This document shows positions 27,101 to 34,840 of a DNA stretch of 43,027 bases, piece by piece. The notes beneath the pieces are model-generated. The model had not been told where the DNA came from. It did no database searches and worked only from the letters and a program-made list of their open reading frames with translations. The DNA is taken from the IMG/VR virus record IMGVR_UViG_3300032080_000009, positions 1 through 43,027 of that record, one strand, 5' to 3'. The position numbers were made by a program, and so were the translations under genes. How positions within the stretch are numbered: position 1 is the stretch's first letter; each line of letters begins with the position of its first letter. Source of the stretch: a virus.

Positions 27101-27317
27101 CGGTGAACGGGTTTCGTGTTGCGGTGTGTGCCCCCGCCCCTTCGGGATCGACCCGATGAGACAGGGGCAACGCGGTCGCGGGAGCGCTTGCATCCCCTCT
27201 GCAGTCCCGCTCTCTCGACCGCCGCCGAGAGGGTAGGGACCGCGTGCACGCTATACACTGCGCGACCTGCTCGCCGAGCCTCTGGATGCGACCCCATCGG
27301 CTCTACTTGCAAGACCT

Positions 27318-27326
27318 ACCCTAGCA
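27318..27326 (-). promoter_or_regulatory. extended -10-like motif TGCTAGGGT preceded by the palindrome GCAGGTACCTGC (minus strand)
   Basis: Family member located in the 243-bp gap between the exonuclease gene and the next minus-strand gene. Confidence 0.4.
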
Positions 27327-27343
27327 GGTACCTGCCAGGAATG

Positions 27344-28900
27344 CTACGCCGGAACCCCCGTCATCCACCCGCAGGCGCACTTGCCCGAGCCCGCGTGAAG
27401 TGCCCGCTGCGGGCACTCGATCTGCCGGCGGCGAGCGTCGCCCGCCATAGCCACGGGCCCGCCCCACGTGACCGCGTGCTGCTGTGCGAGCTGCCAGAGT
27501 TCGCCGAGCCGCTCGACGGTCGTCGCCTGCCAGATCTGCGCGATCAGCATCTTCGGCAGGTCGGGCCTGTCAGCGGCCGGCTCGGGCTGCCCGTTGACGT
27601 CGCCGACCGGTCGCCATTCGACGAGCCCGTCATCGCGCCGCGCGGCGATGTGCGTGACGACGTTGCCTTGCTGCAGCGTGTCGCCCGGCTCGTGCGCGAT
27701 CGCGTCACCGATCATCATCGTTGCCGGCTCGGCGTGCTTCACGAAGTCGATGCCGCCGACGGTCACGACGTCACCGATCGCGTGCGGCGGCAGCACGGCG
27801 GGCCCGGCCGGCGTCGAGATCTCGCCGAGCGGCACGTCGCCGGGGCGGTCAGGGCGGCCGTACTGCTTAACCGCCGCGACCTGCGTGAGCAGCTCGGCCG
27901 GCTTCGGCTCGACGATGCGCGGCATGGGCGAGAACCATCCGCCCCGAGCGCCGACGTCGCGCTTCGCGTCGAGCTCGTCGAGATACTGCTCGTAGGCACG
28001 CCCGGCGGCGCGCCACCCGGCCGAGATCTTCACGAAGTACGGGTGAGCGTGCCCGTCGTGCACGTGCACGACGACGGCGACGTCCTGCCGCACGCACGGG
28101 CTCGGCACATACTCGCCGTTCGGCACCCGCACGATCTCGCCGCTCGGCAACGTCGACTCGTGGTCGCCGCCCGTGGCGCGCCACATCTTGCGGGCCCGGG
28201 AGTAGATCGCGAGCTGCGGGCCGATGTGGATGCCATTGAGCCACGGCTTCGCTTCGGTCTTGACGTCGCCGATGACCGGCAGCTCGCCGTACGAGCCGGC
28301 CGCTTGAAAGTCGTGCACGTGATCGGGGGCGTCGTGCTGGCAGACGCCGGGCCCGAGCCGCGCGGCGAGCCCGGGAATCTCGTACACGCGGTCGAATGAC
28401 CCCGTGACGTTGCCGAGCTCTTCGCACTGCACGGTGCGCTCGATCTCGACGACACGCCACCCGTTGCGGCTCACGAGGAATCCGTAGGCGGCGACCGCGT
28501 GCGCGACGTCCGACGGCAGCGGGCGGATCACCTCGTCGAGCGGCTCGCCCCGGTCAACACGCTCGGTCAGGTCGTGCACGGCCGTGCCGACCCGAGCGCC
28601 GTCGCGCTGCTTGGCGGCCGTGCGCGCGTCGCTGACAATGCCCGCAATCTTGTCTTTGTCCTGCCGCGAGTAGCCTTCCGGGCCCGGTCGCGGAATCGCC
28701 TTGAGCGCGAGCACGAGGTCGTCGCGCAGCGCGAAGCCGATCGCCGCTTCGCGGTCGTCCCACCTGCGCAGGTTGAACGAGCCAGGCTTCGTTTCGATGT
28801 ATTCGAGCAGCTTCGACACCCGGCGATACTCGCGGCCGTCGTGGTCGCGATACCAACCCCACCGACCGGTGGTCGGCATCGTGCTCGGCGAGTCACTCAC
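27344..28900 (-). CDS. PD-(D/E)XK (RecB/Cas4-like) exonuclease with a long C-terminal extension
   Basis: 518 aa. It has GTAVHDLTE, GSFDRVYE and LPVIGDVKTEAKP (a D..K-type nuclease core). The C-terminus has a Cys cluster, CPQ...GKCACGW. Confidence 0.65.
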   Translation of the reverse strand: MSDSPSTMPTTGRWGWYRDHDGREYRRVSKLLEYIETKPGSFNLRRWDDREAAIGFALRDDLVLALKAIPRPGPEGYSRQDKDKIAGIVSDARTAAKQRDGARVGTAVHDLTERVDRGEPLDEVIRPLPSDVAHAVAAYGFLVSRNGWRVVEIERTVQCEELGNVTGSFDRVYEIPGLAARLGPGVCQHDAPDHVHDFQAAGSYGELPVIGDVKTEAKPWLNGIHIGPQLAIYSRARKMWRATGGDHESTLPSGEIVRVPNGEYVPSPCVRQDVAVVVHVHDGHAHPYFVKISAGWRAAGRAYEQYLDELDAKRDVGARGGWFSPMPRIVEPKPAELLTQVAAVKQYGRPDRPGDVPLGEISTPAGPAVLPPHAIGDVVTVGGIDFVKHAEPATMMIGDAIAHEPGDTLQQGNVVTHIAARRDDGLVEWRPVGDVNGQPEPAADRPDLPKMLIAQIWQATTVERLGELWQLAQQHAVTWGGPVAMAGDARRRQIECPQRALHAGSGKCACGWMTGVPA

Positions 28901-29157
28901 TGCTCTACCTCAAATCCTGCCGCACGGAAGGCGGCGATGATGATGGCCCGACGCTGCGCGGGCCCTGTGAACAGCTCGCGAGCAGCCTGTTCGCCGGCCG
29001 CGATGATCTCGTCGTCGACGCGCACGCGGGTCGCGGTCTCGACGGCTTCGTCAAGCGCTTCACTCACACCGCCGCGACCGTTGATCTGCACGGGCGGCGC
29101 GCCGAGCGCATCCCAGAACGCCGCGCGCGCTTCGGGCCGTCGAGCGGCGGCCGTCAC
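28897..29157 (-). CDS. hypothetical protein (86 aa)
   Basis: GTGA overlaps at both ends (29157 and 28900). Confidence 0.55.
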   Translation of the reverse strand: MTAAARRPEARAAFWDALGAPPVQINGRGGVSEALDEAVETATRVRVDDEIIAAGEQAARELFTGPAQRRAIIIAAFRAAGFEVEQ

Positions 29158-29411
29158 GGCGCGAGCCCGAGCAGCTCGCCGCGCAGCGCCGCCGCGTAGC
29201 TCACCGGGGACGTGCCGGAGCGATAGCGGGCGGCGCACCCGGCGAAGTCGAGACACAATACGAGCTCGATGCCGTCGGCGACCGCGTGTGCGGCCGGCGC
29301 GGTCGTCGAGCCGCAGGCCGAGCACTCGTGCGGCGGCGTCTCGCGGCCGGGCACGACGGCGATGCCCACCGAGCGGGCAGGGCGCACGGTGCGCCCGGTG
29401 ACTCCGAACAT
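29154..29411 (-). CDS. hypothetical protein (85 aa, Cys-containing)
   Basis: ATG 29411 lies 6 nt after GGGAGAG. The initiation region is identical to that of the gene starting at 25770. Confidence 0.6.
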   Translation of the reverse strand: MFGVTGRTVRPARSVGIAVVPGRETPPHECSACGSTTAPAAHAVADGIELVLCLDFAGCAARYRSGTSPVSYAAALRGELLGLAP

Positions 29412-29413
29412 GA

Positions 29414-29677
29414 TCAACTCTCCCATCGTTCACTGATCAACTCGACGCCGAAGCCGCCCGCGAGCAAGGCGTCGACCGCCTGCTGCTCGCCCGCGACGTC
29501 GGCGTGCTCGACGACGGTAACCGGAGTGCCGGCCGGCGGCCGACCGACAACCCGAGCGCCGTGCTTGACGAGCGTGACGGCGAGCGCGGGCTCGTGCTCG
29601 ATCGCCGCGACGCCCCAGAGCTCGCCGTCGTGGCCGAGCACGATATCGCCCGCGTGCACCTGCTCGTAAGTGCTCAT
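29414..29677 (-). CDS. hypothetical protein (87 aa)
   Basis: ATGA overlap upstream. It ends in WES, encoded by the embedded downstream RBS. Confidence 0.65.
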   Translation of the reverse strand: MSTYEQVHAGDIVLGHDGELWGVAAIEHEPALAVTLVKHGARVVGRPPAGTPVTVVEHADVAGEQQAVDALLAGGFGVELISERWES

Positions 29678-30606
29678 CCGTGTTGCTGTGCCGCGTACGT
29701 CTCGGCGCGCGACGACGCCGACGCGAGCGACCCGGCGATCGCCATCAGGCGAGCGCGCACGAGCCCGGTTGCCTGCACGATGCTGTCGGCCCCCGTCGCT
29801 GTCTCTTTCGCGGCGGCGAGGTTCGCCCGCATGAGCACGGCGTCGCTCGGGGCCGAGAGGATACCGACGGTCGCATCGGCGAGCGCGGCAGCGGCGTCGC
29901 AGTGCGGGCCGAGCTGCGCGGTCGCCGCTTCGAGCGTTTCGAGGCCGGCGATGGCGATCGCGACCGCTTCCTGCGCTTCGCCGATCTTCCGGCGGGTGGC
30001 GGCGAGCATGGCGAGGTGCTGCTCAAGAGTGCTCATGGCGTGTGCCTTTCCTAGTGGTTGGCCGATCTGATCGAGCGGCAGTTTCGCGGCCGGCTCGTCG
30101 CCGACGCCCGGCTCGGGCGCGTCAGCGGGGCGGCCGGGGAAGTAGTCGTCGACGCTCGGCGGGGCCGGCGTGCCACGCTCGCGCTCGCGCTCGCGGCGCT
30201 CCTGCCACCCTTCGACCGTGCCGGGCGGGTGGACGTACCGACGGCCGGCCGAGTCGACCATCGGGTCATCGGTGTCGAGCGTGTCGCCGATCATGTCGAG
30301 CACGATCTCGCCGACCCGCTCGCGGTGCTGCCGCTCGGCTTCGGCCGTGGCCCGTTCGGCGAGCTGCCGCACGAAGTGATCATCGGCCTGCGCGAGCGTC
30401 TCGCGGCCGGCCGGCGTGAGTGCGGGCTCGACGACGAGCTGCGACGCCGGGCAGCGCCCGAACCATGCGTTCCGGCCGATGACGTTGTGGATCGGGTAGA
30501 CGATCGCGATCGCCGTCGCGTCATAGGGGTCGGTCCGATGGGTAAGCGGCAGCGCCATGGCGGCGCACTGCCCCCAAGGGCACGACATCGGCTCGGTCTG
30601 CGTCAT
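29674..30606 (-). CDS. hypothetical protein (310 aa); the C-terminal ~120 aa are all-helical
   Basis: ATG 30606 was chosen because TGCTATGGT lies 7 nt upstream. An internal AGGAAAGG-N7-ATG at 30036 may give a second product. Confidence 0.6.
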   Translation of the reverse strand: MTQTEPMSCPWGQCAAMALPLTHRTDPYDATAIAIVYPIHNVIGRNAWFGRCPASQLVVEPALTPAGRETLAQADDHFVRQLAERATAEAERQHRERVGEIVLDMIGDTLDTDDPMVDSAGRRYVHPPGTVEGWQERRERERERGTPAPPSVDDYFPGRPADAPEPGVGDEPAAKLPLDQIGQPLGKAHAMSTLEQHLAMLAATRRKIGEAQEAVAIAIAGLETLEAATAQLGPHCDAAAALADATVGILSAPSDAVLMRANLAAAKETATGADSIVQATGLVRARLMAIAGSLASASSRAETYAAQQHG

Positions 30607-30613
30607 GCCGATC

Positions 30614-30622
30614 ACCATAGCA
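30614..30622 (-). promoter_or_regulatory. extended -10-like motif TGCTATGGT (minus strand); leaderless start at 30606
   Basis: The minus strand reads CCTGCTCGGTTTCTGCTATGGTGATCGGCATGACG. This is nearly identical to the site at 36452-36483. Confidence 0.55.
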
Positions 30623-30673
30623 GAAACCGAGCAGGTCGCAACGCCCCGCGTCATGGTCACGATGCGCGCTATC

Positions 30674-30682
30674 TGCTATGTT
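30674..30682 (+). promoter_or_regulatory. extended -10-like motif TGCTATGTT; leaderless start at 30689
   Basis: TATGTT-N6-ATG. It is divergent from the minus-strand motif, which lies 57 bp away. Confidence 0.55.
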
Positions 30683-30688
30683 TCCGGC

Positions 30689-30994
30689 ATGACTACCGCG
30701 ACCGCGCCTGCCGAAACGTCGGCCGCGCGCTACTCCGAATCCGTACACGTGCTCGTCGACCGGCCGATGCGCGCCGTCCTGCTCGGTCTCGCCGAGCTCG
30801 AAGCCGAAGAGCGGGGCGGCCGACCCAAAGAGGGCGACACCCTGCGCGTCCTGCTCGAAGCCGAGATCGGCCGGCTCGCTCGGCGTGACCGCGCCCGCTA
30901 CGACCTCGCGCTCTCGCTCGGCCGCGCCGAGCTCGACAAGCGCGCCGCCGAGAAAGAGGCGCGCCGCACCGCACGTCGGCGACCGATCGCGTAG
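30689..30994 (+). CDS. small basic protein, possible ribbon-helix-helix-type regulator
   Basis: 101 aa. The segment SESVHVLVDRPMRAVLLGLAELE fits a strand-helix pattern. The gene is divergent from the minus-strand operon. The assignment is weak. Confidence 0.5.
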   Translation: MTTATAPAETSAARYSESVHVLVDRPMRAVLLGLAELEAEERGGRPKEGDTLRVLLEAEIGRLARRDRARYDLALSLGRAELDKRAAEKEARRTARRRPIA

Positions 30995-31017
30995 GCTCGA
31001 CGTTCCCCATAAGACAA

Positions 31018-31054
31018 AACGGCGCGTCGACCGTGAAGGGGTCGTCGCGCCGTT
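31018..31054 (+). terminator. 15-bp hairpin AACGGCGCGTCGACC / GGTCGTCGCGCCGTT (one mismatch) followed by T
   Basis: Read directly from the sequence. It lies between the regulator gene and the primase gene. Confidence 0.6.
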
Positions 31055-31095
31055 TGCGTCCCGTGCCGAGACTGTCAACTCTGGGAGAGTGACTA

Positions 31096-33846
31096 GTGTC
31101 TGATACTACATATAGCGGGCCCTACGCACGAGCCGCGCATATGTACCGTGCCGCAGGTTGGCATGGCACTCTGCCGCTCGGGGCCCGCCCCGGTAAGAAG
31201 TACCCTCCGCCGCACGGATGGACCGGGCACGGCGCACCGATGCCGTCGGCCGCAGACGTCGAATCGTGGCGTGAGACACACGGGAATCGGAACATCGGCC
31301 TACGCCTGCCGCCCGGCGTGCTCGGGCTCGACGTCGACGCCTACGGCAGCAAGCGCGGCGGCGAGACGCTCGCAGCGCTCATCGCCAAGCACGGCGAGCT
31401 GCCCCCGACGTGGATCACGACCGCCCGCACCGACGGCGTCTCGGGCATCCGGCTCTTCCGCGTGCCCGAGCAGCTCGACGGCCGGCCGATCAACTGGCCC
31501 GGCGAAGCGGGCACGCACATCGAGATCATCCAAACCGGCCACCGGTACGCGGTCGTCTGGCCGAGCACGAATCCCGAAGCCGACGGCGCGACGTACGAGT
31601 GGCGGCACGAGCGCTACGAAGTCGAAGAGACCGGCTTGCCACGCCCCGAGCACATGGCCGAGCTGCCCGACGCATGGGTGCGCGGGCTCGCGCTCGCCTA
31701 TGACCGGACCGAGAAAGTCGATCTCAATCAGGGCGCGATGTCCGCATGGTGGCGCGCGCTGCGGCCGGGGCCGACGTGCCGAGTCGTCGAGACCGTGCTC
31801 GCGAAGGCGCTCGCCGACCTGCGCAACGTCGACGGCTCGCGGCACGAGAGCACCCGCGACGCCGCTGCCGCGCTCGCCCGCTTTGGCGGCGAAGGGCATC
31901 GCGGCGTCATCGACGCGTTGCAGCAGCTCGCGGGCGGCTTCGAGCAGGCGGTCGGCAGCGAGCGGGTCAAGAATGGCGAGTTCGATCGCCTGCTCGCCGG
32001 CGCGGTCAAGCTCGCCGCCCGCGACAACCCGACGCCGCGACAGCACTGCGAGCACGATGCCGCGACGCCGGTCGTCATCGACGCCGAGCTCGCAGCGGCT
32101 TTTTCGGTGCCCGAGCCGGCAAGCGTGCCGATCCCTACGGCACTCGACTCGGGCGAACAGAGGACAGCCGTTGACGCTGTGATTGCCGATCTCGCCGACG
32201 TGCCGCCTGAGCAGCTCGACGACCGCGTGCGCGAGATCGCCGCCGAGCTCGTCGCGACCGGCATCGGCGAAGCCGAGCTACAGCGAGCCCGCTCTGCGCT
32301 CACGGTCAAGTCTGGCGGGTCAAGCGTCCGGCTCGGCGAGTGGGACGCGATCGTGCGCGATGCTCGCAAGCAGCTCAAAGAGGCAGCGAAGGCGGCGGCC
32401 GAAGTCGGCGCACGCATCGCCGCGCAGCAATCCGTCGCCGCCAAGAGAGAGGCAGGTCAACTCTTGCCACCGCCGCACGCTCCGATCGACGTCGCCCGGG
32501 AGCTCGCGGCGTCGCTGCCCGCGCCCGCGAAGTGGTGGCGGGGCGACTTCTACCTATGGGACGGCACGCGTTACCGCGTCTGGCGGGACGAAGCCGTTGA
32601 CAACTGGCTCTACGGCCGTACGGCCGACGCTTACTTCGAGGGCAGCGGCGAAGACGCAGGTCCGAAGCCGTGGCGGCCGAATGAGTCGCGCATCACCGGT
32701 GTCTCGCACGCGCTCTCCCGTGGCGTGCTCTACCGGCCGAGCGAGCTTGACGTCGACGACTCGCCGGCGCAGGTCGCATGCGCCAATGGCGTCTACGACG
32801 TGCCGACAGCGACCCTGCTCGCGCACGACCCCGAGCGATTCAATCTGCAATCGGTGCCGTTCCCCTACGACGCGAGCGCCGATGCGCCGACGTGGCGCGC
32901 CTTTCTTGACGACACGCTGCCGCGAGACGCACAGCTATTCCTACAGGAATGGTTCGGTTACGTGCTCTCGGGGCGCACCGATCTTGAGAAGATGGCGAAC
33001 CTTGTCGGCCCGCCTCGCAGCGGAAAGGGCACGATCGCGACCGTGCTCGAAGCGCTCATCGGCGGCGAGAACGTCGCGAGCCCGAGCATGCCGTCGCTCG
33101 TCGGGACGTTCGGCGAGCAGCCGCTCATCGGTAAGACGCTCGCGATCTTCTCGGACATCTCGTGGTCGCACCGCGACATCGTGACCGGCGTCGAGATCCT
33201 CAAAGCGATCAGTGGGCAGGACACACGCGACGTCAACCGCAAAAATCGCGAGATCTGGCACGGCCGGCTCGGCGTCCGTTTCATGATCATGGGAAACGAC
33301 ATGCCGAAGTTCACCGACGCGAGCGGCGCGCTCGCGGGCCGCATGGTGCATGTCCAGTTCACCCGGTCGGTTGCCGGCCGCGAAGACCCGACGCTCAAAC
33401 CGCGCCTACTCGAAGAGCTTCCCGGCATGCTCAATTGGGCGCTCGAAGGCTTGCGGCGGCTCGGGGCGCAAGGACGCTTCACGGTCCCGCAGACGAGCGC
33501 CGAGCTCGCCGCAGAGGTGCGGCGGCAGCAGTCGCCCGTACAGGGCTTTCTCGACGACTGCTGCGCGTTCTCCGAGAACGCCAACCCGGCCCCGCTCGAT
33601 GAGCTCTACCCCGTTTACCGGGCCTGGGCGAAGGCGGCCGACGTCGAGCACCTGCTCGACCGCGAGCGTTTCTCTCGGGCGCTCTCGTCGGCCGGTCTGA
33701 CCGTCGAGCGCAAGATGATCAACGGCGTACGAGCGCGTCGCGTGCTCGGCATCACCCCGGCTCGCGTCTCCACGTGGTCGGCGCTACTCAACCCCAACCT
33801 GCCGCAGGTGACCCCCATCGACCCCCCGGAGGGATTCCTCCCATGA
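31096..33846 (+). CDS. bifunctional DNA primase-polymerase / D5-type SF3 helicase
   Basis: 916 aa. The N-terminal prim-pol pattern is GWHGTLPL...KYPPPHGWTG...LGLDVDAY...IEIIQTGHRYAVVWPS. The C-terminal P-loop is GPPRSGKGT. GTG start after GGGAGAG. Confidence 0.85.
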   Translation: MSDTTYSGPYARAAHMYRAAGWHGTLPLGARPGKKYPPPHGWTGHGAPMPSAADVESWRETHGNRNIGLRLPPGVLGLDVDAYGSKRGGETLAALIAKHGELPPTWITTARTDGVSGIRLFRVPEQLDGRPINWPGEAGTHIEIIQTGHRYAVVWPSTNPEADGATYEWRHERYEVEETGLPRPEHMAELPDAWVRGLALAYDRTEKVDLNQGAMSAWWRALRPGPTCRVVETVLAKALADLRNVDGSRHESTRDAAAALARFGGEGHRGVIDALQQLAGGFEQAVGSERVKNGEFDRLLAGAVKLAARDNPTPRQHCEHDAATPVVIDAELAAAFSVPEPASVPIPTALDSGEQRTAVDAVIADLADVPPEQLDDRVREIAAELVATGIGEAELQRARSALTVKSGGSSVRLGEWDAIVRDARKQLKEAAKAAAEVGARIAAQQSVAAKREAGQLLPPPHAPIDVARELAASLPAPAKWWRGDFYLWDGTRYRVWRDEAVDNWLYGRTADAYFEGSGEDAGPKPWRPNESRITGVSHALSRGVLYRPSELDVDDSPAQVACANGVYDVPTATLLAHDPERFNLQSVPFPYDASADAPTWRAFLDDTLPRDAQLFLQEWFGYVLSGRTDLEKMANLVGPPRSGKGTIATVLEALIGGENVASPSMPSLVGTFGEQPLIGKTLAIFSDISWSHRDIVTGVEILKAISGQDTRDVNRKNREIWHGRLGVRFMIMGNDMPKFTDASGALAGRMVHVQFTRSVAGREDPTLKPRLLEELPGMLNWALEGLRRLGAQGRFTVPQTSAELAAEVRRQQSPVQGFLDDCCAFSENANPAPLDELYPVYRAWAKAADVEHLLDRERFSRALSSAGLTVERKMINGVRARRVLGITPARVSTWSALLNPNLPQVTPIDPPEGFLP

Positions 33847-34412
33847 CGCAAACGATTCCCCGTGGCGTATGGCTCGGCGCAAGCGTGCGGCTCGGCCGCC
33901 CGGTTTCGACCATCGATCCCTACCCGCACGTCTGCGGCACCGATGCGAATCCGCAGGCGTGGCGGCGAGATTGCCCCGCCTGCGCAGAGGGGCGACCGCT
34001 CGAAGCCGCCGAGCGCCCGGCCCCGAACCTGCGTCGCGGGGAAGGCGAAGTGCCGATCGCCAATTTCGCTCCGGGGTCCACCGGCCCGCAACGCGCTCCG
34101 CTCGATCCCCCGTGCCCCCCGGGACGGTATGCGTTCCTGCGTGGCGATAAGCGCTTTTTCTACGTCGTCGAGCAGGGGTGGGCGTTGGGCCGGTTGACCG
34201 TGCGAGAGCAGATCACGGACAACGTCGTGCAGGCTCGACACCCGAAGGGAGAGATCCTTAGCCGGATCATGCCGGACGTCGAGCGAGCCGGGCTCAACTA
34301 TGCCGAGTGGCTCGGTCGCTGTCGCCGCTGTGGCCGGGCGCTGACCGATAACGGCAACCCCTACCTCTCGCGAGGCTTTGGGCCCGATTGCGGTCACGAG
34401 CTCTTCGGCTGA
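33843..34412 (+). CDS. hypothetical protein with a C-terminal zinc-ribbon-like motif (DUF6011-like)
   Basis: ATGA overlap. The C-terminus is GRCRRCGRALTDNGNPYLSRGFGPDCG. Confidence 0.65.
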   Translation: MTQTIPRGVWLGASVRLGRPVSTIDPYPHVCGTDANPQAWRRDCPACAEGRPLEAAERPAPNLRRGEGEVPIANFAPGSTGPQRAPLDPPCPPGRYAFLRGDKRFFYVVEQGWALGRLTVREQITDNVVQARHPKGEILSRIMPDVERAGLNYAEWLGRCRRCGRALTDNGNPYLSRGFGPDCGHELFG

Positions 34413-34424
34413 CAAATCGCTCAT

Positions 34425-34459
34425 AGCGCCCCCGTACGGCTTCGGCCTACGGGGGCGCT
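34425..34459 (+). terminator. GC-rich hairpin AGCGCCCCCGTA...TACGGGGGCGCT
   Basis: 12-bp perfect outer stem, 3 further base pairs, and a TTCG loop. It lies 13 nt after the stop codon. Confidence 0.65.
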
Positions 34460-34469
34460 CGCGTTGCGC

Positions 34470-34565
34470 TGCCCGGTAGTGCCCGGTAGCTGCCCGGTTG
34501 ATTGCCCGGTACCCTGCCCGGTTATTTCCGCTGGTCAGACCGCCCTTTACCCGGTTACCCGGTTA
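34470..34565 (+). repeat. left iteron array: 5 x TGCCCGGTW and 2 x ACCCGGTTA
   Basis: Copies are at 34470, 34480, 34491, 34503 and 34515 (10-12 bp spacing), and at 34549 and 34557. Confidence 0.85.
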
Positions 34566-34712
34566 CTTGTAGAGATCGCGTCTATAGAGAAGTAGAAAAT
34601 AAAGTAGAGTGTTAGGTATACCTAAGTATATTTTTCAGAGTGCCGCAGAGTGAGCCACGATTGCGCAGCGAACCGGGCAACCGGGCAGCACCCCTCCCCA
34701 CCAGCGGAAATA
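34523..34712. repeat. 13-bp perfect inverted repeat TATTTCCGCTGGT (34523-34535) / ACCAGCGGAAATA (34700-34712)
   Basis: Exact reverse complements. Their midpoint falls within 1 bp of the central palindrome. Confidence 0.85.
34612..34625. repeat. 14-bp perfect palindrome TTAGGTATACCTAA in the centre of an AT-rich stretch of about 75 bp (34567-34640)
   Basis: Read directly. The surrounding stretch is far more AT-rich than the rest of the genome. Confidence 0.85.
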
Positions 34713-34752
34713 GCCTGCTCGTACCGGGCAGCGGCTACCGGGCAACTGGGCA
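34671..34752 (-). repeat. right iteron array, in inverted orientation: WACCGGGCA x4 plus AACTGGGCA
   Basis: Copies are at 34671, 34679, 34722, 34736 and 34744. They are reverse complements of the left-arm units. Confidence 0.8.
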
Positions 34753-34765
34753 GCGAGCCGACGTC

Positions 34766-34794
34766 GGACTTTTATTACGTGTCGAAGCAAGTAT
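34766..34794. repeat. left copy of a 29-bp inverted repeat (GGACTTTTATTACGTGTCGAAGCAAGTAT)
   Basis: It matches the reverse complement of 35101-35129 at 26 of 29 positions. Confidence 0.8.
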
Positions 34795-34804
34795 GTATGG
34801 AAAG

Positions 34805-34813
34805 TTATCCACA
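34805..34813 (+). promoter_or_regulatory. perfect DnaA-box consensus TTATCCACA
   Basis: Exact 9-mer next to the iteron region. It is AT-rich, so a chance match is unlikely in this GC-rich genome. Confidence 0.45.
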
Positions 34814-34840
34814 GTCGGGCCCCCAAACCTGCTCGGTTCC

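Noticed and set aside
27097-27312. 71-codon minus-strand ORF that ends in an ATGA overlap with the next gene
   Set aside because: It has a TTG start and a visibly lower third-position G/C (about two-thirds by hand count). It uses rare codons and has an Arg-rich sequence. It is kept as an open question in the findings but is not called as a gene.
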